A DNA stretch of 64,000 nt from Eledone cirrhosa (GCA_964016885.1 OZ024743.1:77128001-77192000); one strand, 5' to 3'. Shown: positions 13,899 to 27,649, numbered from the stretch's first letter. Translations and numbers: made by a program. The notes: a model not told the origin generated them from the letters alone.

Positions 13899-14294
13899 AT
13901 ATATAGTAAAACCTACTCCAGCCAGTAGGCATCTCTAACAAAATACACCCCGTCCCACCACCACCACCCCCCACCCGATCCACACCACCCCGTTCTATGT
14001 AAAGTTATGTTGGTGCCGCGCCATCGAGGCCGAAACAAATGAGATCGTGTAGGTGTCACGACAAAAAAACACACAGTCCACGCTGTAATGTGGCCGTGTA
14101 GGCAACACGGTAAAAACCTCCCAGACCCACACTGTAAATGTGGTTGGTGTTAGGAAGGGCATCCAACTGTAGAAAACCTGCCAGACAGTCCTATGCGAGC
14201 AAGACAATCACTCTTGCCTCAAGTGGGACTACCCCCGTCCAAACCCATGCAAGCGTGGAACACGGACGTTAAACGTTGATGATGATGATGATGA
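10849..14294 (+). mobile_element. Near full-length RTE-clade LINE with intact ORF, about 400-bp 3'UTR and (GAT)n tail
   Basis: Single APE-RT ORF; tail gatgatgatgatgat at about 14278-14294; (TA)n on both flanks. Confidence 0.95.
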
Positions 14295-14401
14295 TATATG
14301 TGTATGTGTAATATATATATATATATATGTGTATGTGTATATATATATTTATATGTATATATGTGTATCTGTATATATATATATTTATATGTATATATGT
14401 G

Positions 14402-14434
<33 letters not shown>

Positions 14435-14988
14435 GTATATATATGTATATATATATATATGTATATATATATGTATATATATATATGTATATATATGTAT
14501 ATATATATATGTATATATATATATGTATATATATATATGTATATGTATATATTTATATATATGTATATATATATATATATGTATATGTATATATTTATAT
14601 ATATGTATATATATATATATATGTATATATATGTGTATCTATATGTGTATATATATATGTGTATCTATATGTGTATATATATATATGTGTATCTATATGT
14701 GTATCTACATGTGTATATATATGTGTATATATGTATGTGTATATATATATATATGTGTATGTGTATATATATATATGTGTATGTGTATATATGTATATAT
14801 ATATATGTATATATATATATGTATGTATATATATATATGTGTATGTGTATATATGTATATATATATATGTATATATATATATGTATATATATGTATATAT
14901 ATATATGTATATATATATATGTATATATATATGTATATATATGTATATATATATATGTATATATATATATGTATATATATATATGTAT

Positions 14989-15034
<46 letters not shown>

Positions 15035-15358
15035 GTATATATGTGTATATATGTATATATATATGTATATATACATGTGTATATATATATGTATGTATAT
15101 ATATATATGTATATATACATGTGTATATATATATGTATGTATATATATATGTATATATACATGTGTATATATATATATGTATATATATATATGTATATAT
15201 ATGTGTATATATGTATATATATGTGTATATATGTATATATATGTGTATATATGTATATATATGTGTATATATTGTATATATATATGTGTATATATACATG
15301 TATATATATATGTATATATATATGTATATATATACGTGTATATATATATGTATATATA
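14295..15358. repeat. (TA)n/(TATG)n array
   Basis: Direct reading. Confidence 0.97.
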
Positions 15359-15815
15359 CATCATCATCATCATCATCAACGTTTAACGTCCGTGTTCCAC
15401 GCTTGCATGGGTTTGGACGGGGGTAGTCCCACTTGAGGCAATAGTGATTGTCTTGCTCGCATAGGACTGTCTGGCAGGTTTTCTACAGTTGGATGCCCTT
15501 CCTAACACCAACAAATTTACAGTGTGGGTCTGGGAGGTTTTTACCGTGTTGCCTACACGGCCACATTACAGCGTGGACTGTGTGTTTTTTTGTCGTGACA
15601 CCTACACGATCTCATTTGTTTCGGCCTGGATGGCGCGGCACCAACATAACTTTACATAGAACGGTGGTGTGGATGGGTGGGGGTGGTGGCGGAACGGGGT
15701 GTATTTTGTTAGAGATGCCTACTGGCAAGGCGGGTCTTCTCTGTTACTGAGTACCGCCAAAGGTCTCGGTCCAGTGACATTGTCTTGGAGAGGTGTAAGT
15801 GTGTGAGGTCGGAGT
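15359..15815 (-). mobile_element. Short 3' RTE LINE copy with a small deletion across the stop codon
   Basis: Reverse complement of about 13805-14294; junction gcctactggc|aaggcggg lacks the segment containing the TAA. Confidence 0.92.
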
Positions 15816-16466
15816 AGTGTATATATATATGTATATATATATGTATATATATATGTGTATATATATATGTATATATATGTGTATATATATATGTATATAT
15901 ATATGTGTATATATGTATATATATATGTGTATATGTATATATATAAGTGTATATGTATATGTTATTATATATGTGTATATATGTATATGTATATATGTAT
16001 ATGTATATACATATATATGTATACATATATATGTATATGTATATATGTATATGTATATATGTATATGTATATATGTATATATATATATGTGTATATATAT
16101 ATATGTGTATATATATATATGTGTATATATATATATATATATATGTGTATATATATATATGTGTATATATATATATATGTGTGTGTGTGTATATGTATAT
16201 ATATATATGTGTGTATATGTATATATGTGTGTATATGTATATATATATGTGTGTATATTATATATATATGTGTGTATATGTATATATATATATGTGTGTA
16301 TATGTATATATATGTGTGTATATGTATATATATGTATATGTATATATATATATATGTATATATATCGATTCTTTGCTTAAACTTTAATCTGTTATTTTAA
16401 TAAATATATATATTTATATATATATATATATATGTATATGTATATATATATATGTATATATATATG

Positions 16467-16497
<31 letters not shown>

Positions 16498-16506
16498 ATA
16501 TGTATA

Positions 16507-16552
<46 letters not shown>

Positions 16553-17126
16553 CGTGTATATTTGTATACACTATCTATATACACGTATGTATATATATGT
16601 ATATATACGTGTATATAGATGTATATACATACATATATATATGTATATATACGTGTATATAGATGTATATACATACATATATACACGTATATATATACGT
16701 GTATATAGATGTATATACATACATATATACACGTATATATATGTATATATACGTGTATATAGATGTATATACATACATATATACACGTATATATATGTAT
16801 ATATACGTGTACATGGATGTATATACATATACATATCCACGTATATATGTCTATATACGTGTATATGGATGTAAATACATATATATATACACGTATATAT
16901 ATATATACGTGTATATACATACACATATATATATATATACACGTATATATATATGTATGTATGTGTACGTGTATATATATATGTATATATATATATACGT
17001 GTGTATGTGTGTGTATATATATGTATGTATATATATATATGTGTATGTATGTATGTATATATATATATATGTATGTGTATGTATATGTATGTATGTGTGT
17101 ATATATATATATGTATTTGTGTGTGT

Positions 17127-17168
<42 letters not shown>

Positions 17169-17532
17169 GTATATATATGTATATATACGTGTATATAGAT
17201 GTATATACATACATATATACACGTATATATATGTTTATATACGTGTATATGGATGTATATACATATACATATCCACGTATATATATGTATATATGGATGT
17301 AAATACATATATATATACATACACGTATATATATGTATATATACGTGTATATAGATGTATATACATACACATATATATATAAACGAATATATATATATAT
17401 GTATGTGTACGTGTATATATATATGTATATATATATATATGTATGTATATGTGTATATATATATATATGTATTTGTGTGTGTGTTTATATATATATATTA
17501 TATATATATAACATATATATATATATATATAC

Positions 17533-17583
<51 letters not shown>

Positions 17584-17710
17584 TATATATACACATATAT
17601 AATATATATATATAAACACACACACACACATACATATATACATACACACACATATACAGCTTCTTGCTACAATACTTTCTCTACCTTTCATTTATATATA
17701 TATATATATA
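15816..17710. repeat. Compound (TA)n/(TATG)n array with higher-order tacacgtatatata/tacgtgtatatagatg units
   Basis: Direct reading. Confidence 0.95.
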
Positions 17711-18978
17711 ACTGGGGTCTTTAGAAACCCGTGATATGTTTTCAATCTTAAATGAAAATGACTAAAAAATATTTTTCACCTTGGAACAATATTTCTATAA
17801 ACTACAAAGGAATTTTTATTTGCTGCTTTTTAAAAAGATAATTGTATTTATACGGGGAAATGTTTTAGTGAAACCTTTTAAAACGGTAGGAAATCTGAGT
17901 CACTCATATTAAACAAGTGGAATGCAGATGTGGAGGATAGATTTAACGAAGCTTGTGTGTAGTATGAACAAGGAGTGGTTGATTAGAATATTTTTAGTGT
18001 AAAGATAACCTGAAAGTAAGATTAATATAAGGAGGTTGTCGTTTATTAATTATTCCGAGAAGAAAAGGTTCCAATGTATCAAATACTTCGTTTCAATGTA
18101 GATATGACTGAAGCTATAGGGAAATATTTTCATAATCCAATGTGTCCGACACAAGCACTAACACTTCTACCACACGCCCTTCATCACTCATACATAAACA
18201 CACGAAATGTCAAGCTTCAGTGATTTCAGGTAGAATTCTGTCTTCTATAAAAGAACATTGCTACATCACAACATTAACTAAAGGTGTGTGTGTGTGTGAG
18301 AGAGCGACATATATATTTATTTTGATAATACTGTCCTAATTAGAATTAAATAAAGATAGTAATAATGGAATATGACAATAGAAATTTCGTCTGAATGTGT
18401 GAGACTACTGCTGACATATGATTCTTCAAATATTTAGATCTAATTTGAATATGGAAACCACTTCCTTCTGTAACGATAAACATATAATATATTTATCTAC
18501 CCTTAGAGAAACACTTATTTTCTAATTATATTTACTGTTCCGAGACAGTAGTGATTTAGCGAAATATTGACTACGCTGTTCGTCACCATATCGACTAAAT
18601 AAATTTATTATATATTATATTATAGGAAAGAATGTAACTAAATATATGGTTACTCTCCCTGTCTGTGACGAAGTAAAAAATGATCCAATATGTCAAACTC
18701 CAACACCAGCTGAAGGTTTGTTTATATAGTTTTAGATGGTAGCTGCAGAGAGAAAGAAATATGTCTGTAGACGATATTTCTGGCATATCACTAAGTATGA
18801 TTAGATATTTGATTTTTGAAGATTTTAATAAATTATTTAACTGTAAAATTGCAATTTCTCATATCAACATCTCTTCAGACTGTTTATTTTTAATTTGTTC
18901 ATCACTGCTTCAGTATGACATTTTTATGTAATAATTTACTAATGAAAGTGTATTAAATAGAGTGAAGAGTACTACTGA

Positions 18979-19085
18979 TTCATTTGTATGAAATCAGATG
19001 ATTTCATACAAATGAAACAGAACTAGTCCTGTTGAACCTTTTCTGTATAAAATTCTGTCTTCACTCTACATATGTATTGAATACC
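18979..19085 (+). ncRNA. Degenerate hammerhead motif preceded by an 18-bp inverted duplication
   Basis: ttcatttgtatgaaatca-ga-tgatttcatacaaatgaa palindrome; CAGATGA-TTTCATACAAAT-GAAA-CAG-AACTAGTC-CTG-TT. Confidence 0.5.
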
Positions 19086-19136
19086 TTATTTACTGTGGTT
19101 TCCTCTGGCTCAACTTGGACCTATTTACATATATAT

Positions 19137-19405
19137 CATCATCATCATTTTACGTCCGCTTTTCCCTGCTTGCAAGGGTGGGACGGGAACTGATATATAT
19201 ATATATATATATATATGTGTGTTTTCTACGACTGGATGCCCTTCCTAACACCAACCACATTTACAGTGTGGAACTGGGAACTTTTTACCGTGTTACCTAC
19301 ACGGCCACATTACAGTGTAGACTGTATTTTTTTACCGTGACACCTACACAATCTCGATCTCATTATCTCATTTATTTGGACTGGATGTTGTGGTACCAAC
19401 TTTAC
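19137..19405 (-). mobile_element. RTE/SINE 3' tail fragments
   Basis: (CAT)n, tttccctgcttgcaagggtgggacggg and ggatgcccttcctaacaccaacc motifs. Confidence 0.8.
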
Positions 19406-19839
19406 ATATATATATGAGATTATTGTTCATTTTATAGCATACCATGTTATATTTTGTTAAAGAGGTAACAGCTTTGTTAATAAGGTAATTAGCTCTTTCA
19501 AAACATATGGTAAGGTTTTCAGTCATTTACCTCTCTCAGAATTGTGACATAAATATATTCTAGTATTCTGATTGTACATCAATATTTTCAGAATATTTAA
19601 TTGGATAATAATTTGAGCCCTAACAAACCCAAGTTAATTCACCCTATATATTGATAGATGCTTTACAATTTTACATATTTTGACTCTCAAGAGAGTTCAG
19701 AAATTGTTATCCATCTAAGTTGGAAACCAATTATTCTCTACACCCAATTGAACTTATTCCCTGTAGTCACTGAAGAAATTTCTATCAAAGCCTGTTCCAG
19801 ACATATTTAGTATTAAACTCTTCAGTTAGTCTAATCCAG

Positions 19840-20252
19840 TAGTTTGGTAGGGACTAGTTGCCCTTCCACCTAGATCTCCAGTACTGTTTAGTAGGGGCCA
19901 GTATCCCTTCCCTCCCATTTAAATCTCCAGTACTGTTTGGTAGAGGCCAGTCTCCCCTCCCACCTAGATCTCCAGTAATGTTTGGTAGGGGCCAGTCTCC
20001 CCTCCCCTCCCACCTAGATCTCCAGTAATGTTTGGTAGGGGCCAGTCTCCATCCCCTTTCCACCTAGATCTCCAGTACTGTTTGGTAGGGGTCAGTCTCC
20101 CCTTCCACCTAGATCTACAGTACTGTTTAGTAGGGGCCAGTCCCCCCTGCTACCTAGATCTCCAGTAATGTTTGGTAGGGGCCAGTCTCCCCTTCCACCT
20201 AGATCTTCAGTACTGTTTGGTAGGGGCCGGTCTCCTCTGCCACCTAGATCTG
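19840..20252. repeat. About 45-bp minisatellite, about 9 copies
   Basis: Unit ccacctagatctccagtactgtttggtaggggccagtctcccctt. Confidence 0.93.
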
Positions 20253-20354
20253 GGGGAGAAGATTTCAGGATTCCAATAAGAAAATTGTTTTTAAGTTGAA
20301 AAATTCTTTATTGTTAATCACATTATTTTTACAAGATTTATTTTTCTTAATGTT

Positions 20355-20548
20355 CAATTTACTATTGTATTTTCGTGGTAAAGACTTTATCTCACATAAT
20401 ATCAAATTTACAAGATTTTGATGATGATATTATTTATTTTTAGAACAATACCTTAACATCAGTATGCGTGGCTGGTTATGGCCAGTTTGAACAGAAAGAG
20501 GTGAGATAATTGTGGCCAGATACCACCGGTTTCCATGCTAAAGGGTTA
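20355..20548 (+). mobile_element. Partial piggyBac-like MITE (family P1)
   Basis: Matches 33731-33946; ends atgctaaaaggg-TTAA. Confidence 0.75.
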
Positions 20549-21159
20549 AATTAATTATATTATTGTACAATAACTTGTGTTGTACACAAGACTGTTTTCT
20601 TTTTTATTGTGTGTGTGAGGGAATTTGAATGAGGAATTGGTTGAAGGGTGGATGGGTTTCTACAGAAAAATGTTAAGAAACATTGATATAATAACAAAAT
20701 GGGCCCTTGTTAGTTGATATTTGAAAGTAGTTCTTTTATAGAGGTTATATTTAGATTGGGTTCTATTGAAGTTGTTCAACTGGAATTTTCAGTTGCTGGT
20801 CTTAGTAAAGGATTAAGAATGGTAATCTATACTCTGGTATGTGTTCCAACTGACAGGCTGATGTCATGCTGGAGCACTGCCATTGTATAGTATTTAATAG
20901 TAATTTGAAATGTATATATTTCAGTAGTTTAAAAAAAAAAAAAAATTATTGTTATTTCTATACTATATTTTAGAAGGGTTTATAATAAGGCAACAATTTA
21001 AGGTTTTTATATATCAGCACCTACTGGAATAAGTGTTTGAGGATTCTGCCCCCATGACTCTCTCAAGAATAAGTGGGAGGAGAAGATATGTCAATAACTG
21101 AAGATTATTATTACTTAGGACATATTGAAATTAAATCAATAGCTTATATATTAAACCAA

Positions 21160-21340
21160 CTAGCAGGAGACCCAGGGGTAGACCTTGAGCAAGATGGTTG
21201 GATAATAGCCATAAGTCTTGCTTGGGGATCCAGCCAGATCAGCTGGAAATGATTGCTTCTGACAGGACCCACTGGAAGGAGTATTTGAAGACTCAACCCC
21301 TATGACCCTCACAGGAATAAGTGGGCAAAGAAGAAGATAA
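21160..21340 (+). mobile_element. 3' end of a second, older RTE family
   Basis: Similar to the reverse complement of 30355-30585; related pieces at 23530-23650 and 63390-63490; ends in gaagaaga. Confidence 0.6.
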
Positions 21341-21374
21341 GGAAGGAGCTCATATATTAATATATATTATATAG

Positions 21375-21650
21375 TGAAGGCATCTGGCTTAATGGTTAGG
21401 GTGGTGGGATTACGATTGTAAAGTTGTGAGTTTGATTCCTGGAATAGGCAGCATATTGTGTCCAGCTGGCAACTGTGTTGTATCTGAATTGAAGGGGCCA
21501 ATCACATAACACACTGTCATGCTGAATCTCCCTGGGAACTACATTAAAGGTACACATGTCTGTAGAATGATCAGCCACTTGCATGTTAATTTCCCAAGCA
21601 GGTTGTTCTGTTGATTGAATCAACTGAAGCACTCATCATTGGAAATGACA
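21375..21650 (+). mobile_element. tRNA-derived SINE (family C)
   Basis: Box A TGGCTTAATGG, box B GAGTTTGATTCC; body gctgaatctccctgggaactacattaaaggtacac...gcatgttaattt shared with 40025-40190 and 52278-52850. Confidence 0.75.
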
Positions 21651-22263
21651 GTTCAACACCAGCAGCAGCTTAAATTAAACAAAAGTACCTTTTACGATTA
21701 ATTTTGTGAAAAACTTGTTAAACACACCTGTAGCCATTGAAAACTTGGCAAACAAAGTGTTGGAAGGACTCTCAGTTGTGTCAAAGGTATAACAACCTCT
21801 CTTGAGTACTCAATGGAATGTGAAACTGTACATAAGTGAGACAAAGGTCCCAGCCTGCTTGGGAGATCAGTGGCTTTGTTTCAGTACTGACTTGGTCTAT
21901 GTAGACCTGTCCAACCCTTGCTAGCAGGGAAAGCAGACATTAAAATGATGATGATACTGTAGAAAACATATGGTAAGGACATATTCAAAATTATCTTCCT
22001 TCTGTACTGCACAGTATATATTATGTCTTACATAATTCACATGAGCTTTCTCACATTTCCAGAACTTTCTTGGAGAAAAATCAAGTAACTGATATGATAT
22101 AACAAGTCTACATGTTTTACATTAATACCAGTTGAGAATAGCTAGAGTTTCATAGTATTTCAATCAGTTTTTGCCAATAGTCTATATTTTCTCACTATCT
22201 TGAAATACTCATATTTAACCCTTTCATGACTGCATTTCTAATGAAACACATACACATACACTA

Positions 22264-22742
22264 TCTTAACTATAATAAAGAAAGGAGTGCGGGACTGCAT
22301 CCAGAATATATTTTTTTACCCCGTTTGTAAAATAAGTTGGATTACTTTGAATAAATAATGAATGAATATTACATAATTTATCTACTAAATTTCGTGGCTG
22401 TTGATTAAATATATTTTATAGCTTATTTAAAGATTCACTTCTTTAAAATTGTCAAATGTCAACACTTCCGGTTAGCGGCCGTCATATTATAACACTTATA
22501 ATAGCATATATTTCCGTCGCTAATTTTCTCCTAATGCAGTTTATATATAATATCGTCTTTTTTAAAATGTATCATGGATTACGTTACTGATTACAGGAGA
22601 CAGTGTAACACAGTCTTCATTCAATTTCTGTGTATATTGTCAATTACGATTTTATTTACATGCATAAATATTTGTGTATAATATCAATATATACACTACA
22701 ATTGCTAGCAGAAAACCACCCGAAGGGTGGTTTTTCTGCTAG
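22264..22742 (+). mobile_element. Non-autonomous Helitron
   Basis: A|TCTTAACTATAATAAAG 5' end, subterminal hairpin accacccgaagggtggt, CTAG|T 3' end, no TSD. Confidence 0.75.
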
Positions 22743-22809
22743 TTTTAATTAATGAAGAATTTTGAAGGATTTACTAAATTTATTAATTATTTCATTACTT
22801 AATGTAAGG

Positions 22810-23080
22810 ATTTTTTTTTTTCTTCTCCATTTTACATCCGCTTTTCCCTGCTTGCAAGGGTGGGATGGGAACTGATTCTGGCTTGATTTCTACAGCTGGA
22901 TGCCCTTCCTAACACCAACCTCATTTACAGTGAGTGCTGGGTGCTTTTTTCTGTGGCACCTACACGACCACTTTACAGTATGGGCTGGGTGCTTTTTTGC
23001 CGTGGCACCTCCACGACCACTTTGCAGTGGAATGATAGGGACCCCAGTCCCTATCATCTCATTTCTACAGCTGAGTAAAC
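22810..23080 (-). mobile_element. Headless copy of SINE family B
   Basis: Matches 10010-10225 with one extra 48-bp unit. Confidence 0.85.
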
Positions 23081-24194
23081 TGAGTAAAACTGCTGAGTAA
23101 AAATTATGTTGGAAGATTTTAATTCAAATTAGAAACCTTTAAAATGGGTGAGTTTGGCTGGGTTGGTAACTAAAAGATCTTAATTGTTTACTGTAGTAAA
23201 TTTACTTGGTTTGATACCAGTTTATCTCTAAGTTGGTTGTCATTTTTATAAATGTTTTAGCTGTTCTCCTAATGATTATTATATATTTTGTAAAATAAAT
23301 ATATATAATTACTATTTTCCTTATGAATTATGAGTTCCATCATTTAACGTCTGTGTTGTCCTGTTGTGAGGTAAGTCAGGTCAGGTGACCATGTCTTGCT
23401 CATAGAGAATTGTTTCTGGCTTGGTTTGTATGGGTTGGTGCCCTTCCTAATGCCAACCACATTTATTGTGTGGACTGGGTGATTTTTGTTGTGAAACACG
23501 ACCACTTTATAGTCTGGACTGGGTGCTTATGGATGTTATCCAACCATCTTGCTTGTAGTCCTGGTTGGTTTTGCCTGTAAAATCTGTCCAGCGATTCTTT
23601 CCTTAGACAGTCTAACCACATGCCCATAGTACTGGAGCTGTGATCTCCCAATGCAAAGAATGAAAAAAACAAATAATGTGTGTAAGAATTATAATTATGT
23701 TGTATATTTGTATTAGATTTATTTTATACAATGATTTAACATGAAAGACAAATATAGATGGTCTCCAATGATTTGAAAGGAACAAGGTGACCATGGCTGT
23801 TGGAGGGGACAGGATAAATATAAGATGTTTGGCTTGAAATGAGTTGTTCGTGTATAGTGTAGTTTTGTGAGATGTACCTTTGTTAAATTGGATGTAAGTG
23901 GGAACACTAGTCGTTCAGGACCACACAACTCACATGTACAGCACTGTTGATATCATTAATGTACACTGGTGACACCACACTATGGTACTTCACTTTGGCT
24001 GCTGAACTATAAATAGAAGGTATCAGTAGTCCCAAGATGTCTGTTGTGTAGATGTCACAGCTTCGGTGCATGGGGAGTAGTTTGTGACAAAAGTGGATGA
24101 AGGAAACCAAAGGCCAAAGATCCTAAAGGTATGACAGCATCATAGAATCATACACTCCCTCACAAAAACACACTGATGAAGAGATAGAAGAATT

Positions 24195-24640
24195 ATCATC
24201 ATCATCATCGTTTAATGTCTATTTCCCATGCTAGCATGGGTTAGGCGGGTTCTCCTATTTGAGGTAAGTCAGGTCAGGTGACCGTGTCTTGCTCATACAG
24301 AATTGTTTTGGGCTCAGTTTCTATGGATGGATGCCCTTTCTAATGCCAACCACATTTACAGAGTGGACTGGATGCTTTTTGATGTAGCACCGTAACAATC
24401 AATTTACTATGTGGGCTGGGTGCTTTTTGTTGTATCACCTACATGACAACTTTACAGTGTGGACTGCTTGCTTTTTGTTGTGACACCTACACAACCACTT
24501 TTCAGTGTGTACTGGGTGCTTTTTGTCCTGTCACCTACAGACCACCTTACAAAGTGTACTGGGTACTTTTTGTGATGACATCTACATGACCACTATACTG
24601 TGTAGGCTAGATGCATTTTGTCGTGACACCTACATAAACA
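24195..24640 (-). mobile_element. RTE-type 3' tail with about 6 tandem 48-bp modules
   Basis: (CAT)n, then repeated gtggactgggtgctttttgttgtgacacctac...accactttaca. Confidence 0.8.
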
Positions 24641-24649
24641 CTAATGTAA

Positions 24650-24995
24650 TAAGATCCATCAAAGCTAAAGAAACCACAATTGTATTGGGAGATTTTAATA
24701 CCAAAGTTGGCAGAAAAAACACTGACAATATAACAGATCAAAATGGATTAGGTGAAAGAAATCTAAGATGTAATCAACTGATCCATTTTTATTGAAGAAA
24801 TCTTGTAGTTACCAACACTTGATTCCATTGCCTACCAAGAACATTACATTGAAGAGTCCAATGTCGAGATGACAGCAGATTGACTGGTTACTGATATAAT
24901 TTAAAAATGATATAGTTTAAAAATTGTCTAATGGTTGTAAACACACTCTAGAGTAGATATAAATTCAGATCATAACCTAGTAGTAATTAAACTAT
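24650..24995 (+). pseudogene. Decayed RTE endonuclease fragment
   Basis: IVLGDFNTKVG...GLGERN...QLIHF; downstream tcagatcataacctagta (SDHNL). Confidence 0.7.
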
Positions 24996-25199
24996 GAATG
25001 AAACTTAGTATGAATATTTACACAGTTGTGGGCTTTCTTGGCTGTAGGTAATCTCAAGTTGCAGATAACTATATGGTGACCATCTCAGCCCCTTTAACAT
25101 GAACATCTAGCACAGAATCAAAGAGATTAGAGATAATAACAAAATCAATTATTGATCTCTCTCCTCGACTCACCTTATAATGTGTATTTAGTGATGTCT

Positions 25200-25720
25200 T
25201 TGTTCCTGAAGAACAGATCAAGGTTGCTGTTTCTTCAAATCAATCCTTTCCATGTTAGGTGGTCAGGGATAACATGTACATTGAAGTCTCCCATCGGGAT
25301 ATATGACTCAGTCTTAACTACATCTAACGCTGTGGTGACTTCATGGAGGAAGGATCTGTATTAGGAGTCCTTGTTTGGTGCATAAACTTGCATCCCCACA
25401 GAGACCTATCTTTCAGCCTCAGCTTCAAGAGGCCAATCCTCCTTCCTAATGGGATCTAGTCCATAACACATTCTGGCAGCCAGGAGCCTGTGAGTATCCC
25501 CACTCCCTCCCCTGCAGTCTTGTGCCACACCTGAATAGTGGAGTTTCCATCCTCCATCCAAATCTACAGTACCAGAGGCACAGAACTTTGTTGAGGAAAT
25601 CCTAACAATATCTAGCTGGTAACATCTGGCCTCCTCCACTAGTCCTTGTCCATTACCTTGCCATGGTGTGCTCCTTGAAGTCTTGGGATACATAACCTTT
25701 ATTCTCATACCTCCTAGGAC
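25200..25720 (-). pseudogene. Decayed RTE endonuclease N-terminal fragment
   Basis: LVEEARCYQLDIVRISSTK...LDGGWKLHYSGV; reverse complement of 25280-25295 reads MGDFN. Confidence 0.65.
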
Positions 25721-26534
25721 ATTTTACAGGCCCATTGGCAATTCTTGCAACATTAAATGGAGACTGCAATATATTTCTCGAACAGGCTCCTCTACCTTAG
25801 TCCTGAATGCATCCCTTGTTATCCTGTGTGAAGGATGGTGTGGTATGAATGTCTTATGTCTACCTATATTGCAGTGTTTTGTGGTCTTATTCACACCAGA
25901 CACCAATTTGTTGCTCCCAAAGACAAGACTTTTTTAGAGATGGCGTTTACTCACCTCGTCATAGTTACATCACTAGGTTGTGAGAGTTTTCTTGGGAGTT
26001 AAGTGTCATCCATTGCTCCATCTCCCCTAGTAGTTTACTGCTGTTGGCAAAAGCCCACTAATGTCGCTACTAACTATCATATCTAGTGACCGTATCACTA
26101 TCTGCCACCTGCGACCCATTATTTAGCAGAACAGCTGTCAAGAAATATTACTAAAAAAAAAAAGGAAACAAATTGTTGATACTCTTTCCTGGTTGCCACT
26201 CTGTCAGAAGGAGGGAGTGGGATTTGAACTCAAAACACAGAGAGATTGATTAGATACTGCTAAATATCTGGTCCAATTCTTTAACAATTCTGCCCATCCA
26301 CTTTCCCTAGACTGCTACTTTATTTATTGACCCTCAACAAATGAAAGGTGAAGCTGACTTTGACAAGATTTGTATTCAAAATCATATTTTATCCAACACT
26401 CTAATAGACTCTACTAAATCACTGCCTATCAAGAAACAATATCAAAACCAGAAAAAGATTATTAAAATGTTTCCATTTATCACAGAGTTGAAAAATGTGT
26501 ATTAACAAAAGTATTATCAAATACTTGAAATGAA

Positions 26535-26895
26535 GTAACCATGCTTTATTGGATGTGCAATGCATGTGTGAGAGAAAGGTGAGTTGAGGGAGAAGCTGGG
26601 CTTAAGAGGAATCCGAGGTGGTGTGCAGGAGAGACGACTGCAGTGGTTTGGACAGATGATGTGCATGAACAATGACTGTTGGGTGAAGAAGTGCCAGGAA
26701 ATCCCAGAGGAAGAAAGCTGCATTAGGAGTAGACCGAGAAAGACCTAGGCAGAGGCTTGAGAGCTGACTTCAAATCGCTGAGACTCACAGAGGAGATGGT
26801 GAAGGAACGCGATGAGTGGAGAGATGCTGTGCTGTAAAGGACCTGTCCAACCCTTGCAATCATGGAAAAATGGACATAAAAAGGATGATGATGAA
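26535..26895 (+). mobile_element. Diverged RTE 3' fragment
   Basis: Decayed ELREKLGLRGIR...RRLQWFG frame, then tail catggaaaaatggac...gatgatga. Confidence 0.75.
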
Positions 26896-27649
26896 ATACA
26901 TTAGAAACCTTTGAAATGTGGGTATATAGATTTTTGAGAATATTGTAGACAGAACACATAACCGCCCATAAAGTAATAAGTGACAAAAACTGAAATTTTT
27001 TCAATTAAAAATATTTTAAAAGTGAAAATAGTTTATAGAAATAGTGAATAGAAAGCAAAATGAATGGGTAGCAGTTTGCTGTGTATTGTAATTTTTTGTG
27101 TATGAGGGGACCTCCAAACCTGAAGTGTCCCAGGGCCCACCAAATCTGAAGTGCTCCAGGCCACTCAAAGTCTAAATCCAACCCTGATCATCATCAACAA
27201 CACCGTTTAACATTCATTTTTCCACACTAGCATGGGTTAGATGAGTTGTCCCATTATGAGACAAGTCTCTGGTATCTGTATATTTCTCAGTAAATACTGC
27301 AGTAGCTGTGTTGAACAGCAAGCTCTTCATCTATAGATAACACTCAACAGTATCTGGCGTAGTTATACAGGCAGTTGTTTTATGGAAAGAGTCTGTCTAA
27401 CATCACATCAGTTACAGACTGTTGTTTCAAAATAACTATCTGCTGCTTGATGTTACTAAATTGTTATATCTGCATACCAGACTTTTCATTGACATCAGGC
27501 TGTCTGGCTTCCTATATCGTCAACAACCAATGAGTACTGTTGTGGCTGATTATTCACAACACTACCATGTGATCTGAACCAACCAACAGCAGCTCTTTAT
27601 AACCTCTACTTTCAACCACAGCTCCATTGTTTCTTATTTAGCCACTTAC

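Larger units (their letters stand above)
22219..23180 (-). mobile_element. piggyBac-like MITE (family P2) interrupted by a Helitron and a SINE tail
   Basis: TTAA-CCCTTT start; pieces at 22219-22250, 22743-22810 and 23100-23180 align to the reverse complement of 29849-30070. Confidence 0.7.

Noticed and set aside
18840-18885. Further CTGANGA...GAAA-like matches (here, about 21098 and about 34820-34870)
   Set aside because: Neither stem I nor stem II pairs; expected by chance in AT-rich DNA.
22705-22745. Rho-independent terminator-like hairpin with a T tract
   Set aside because: Eukaryotic context; better explained as a Helitron 3' end.
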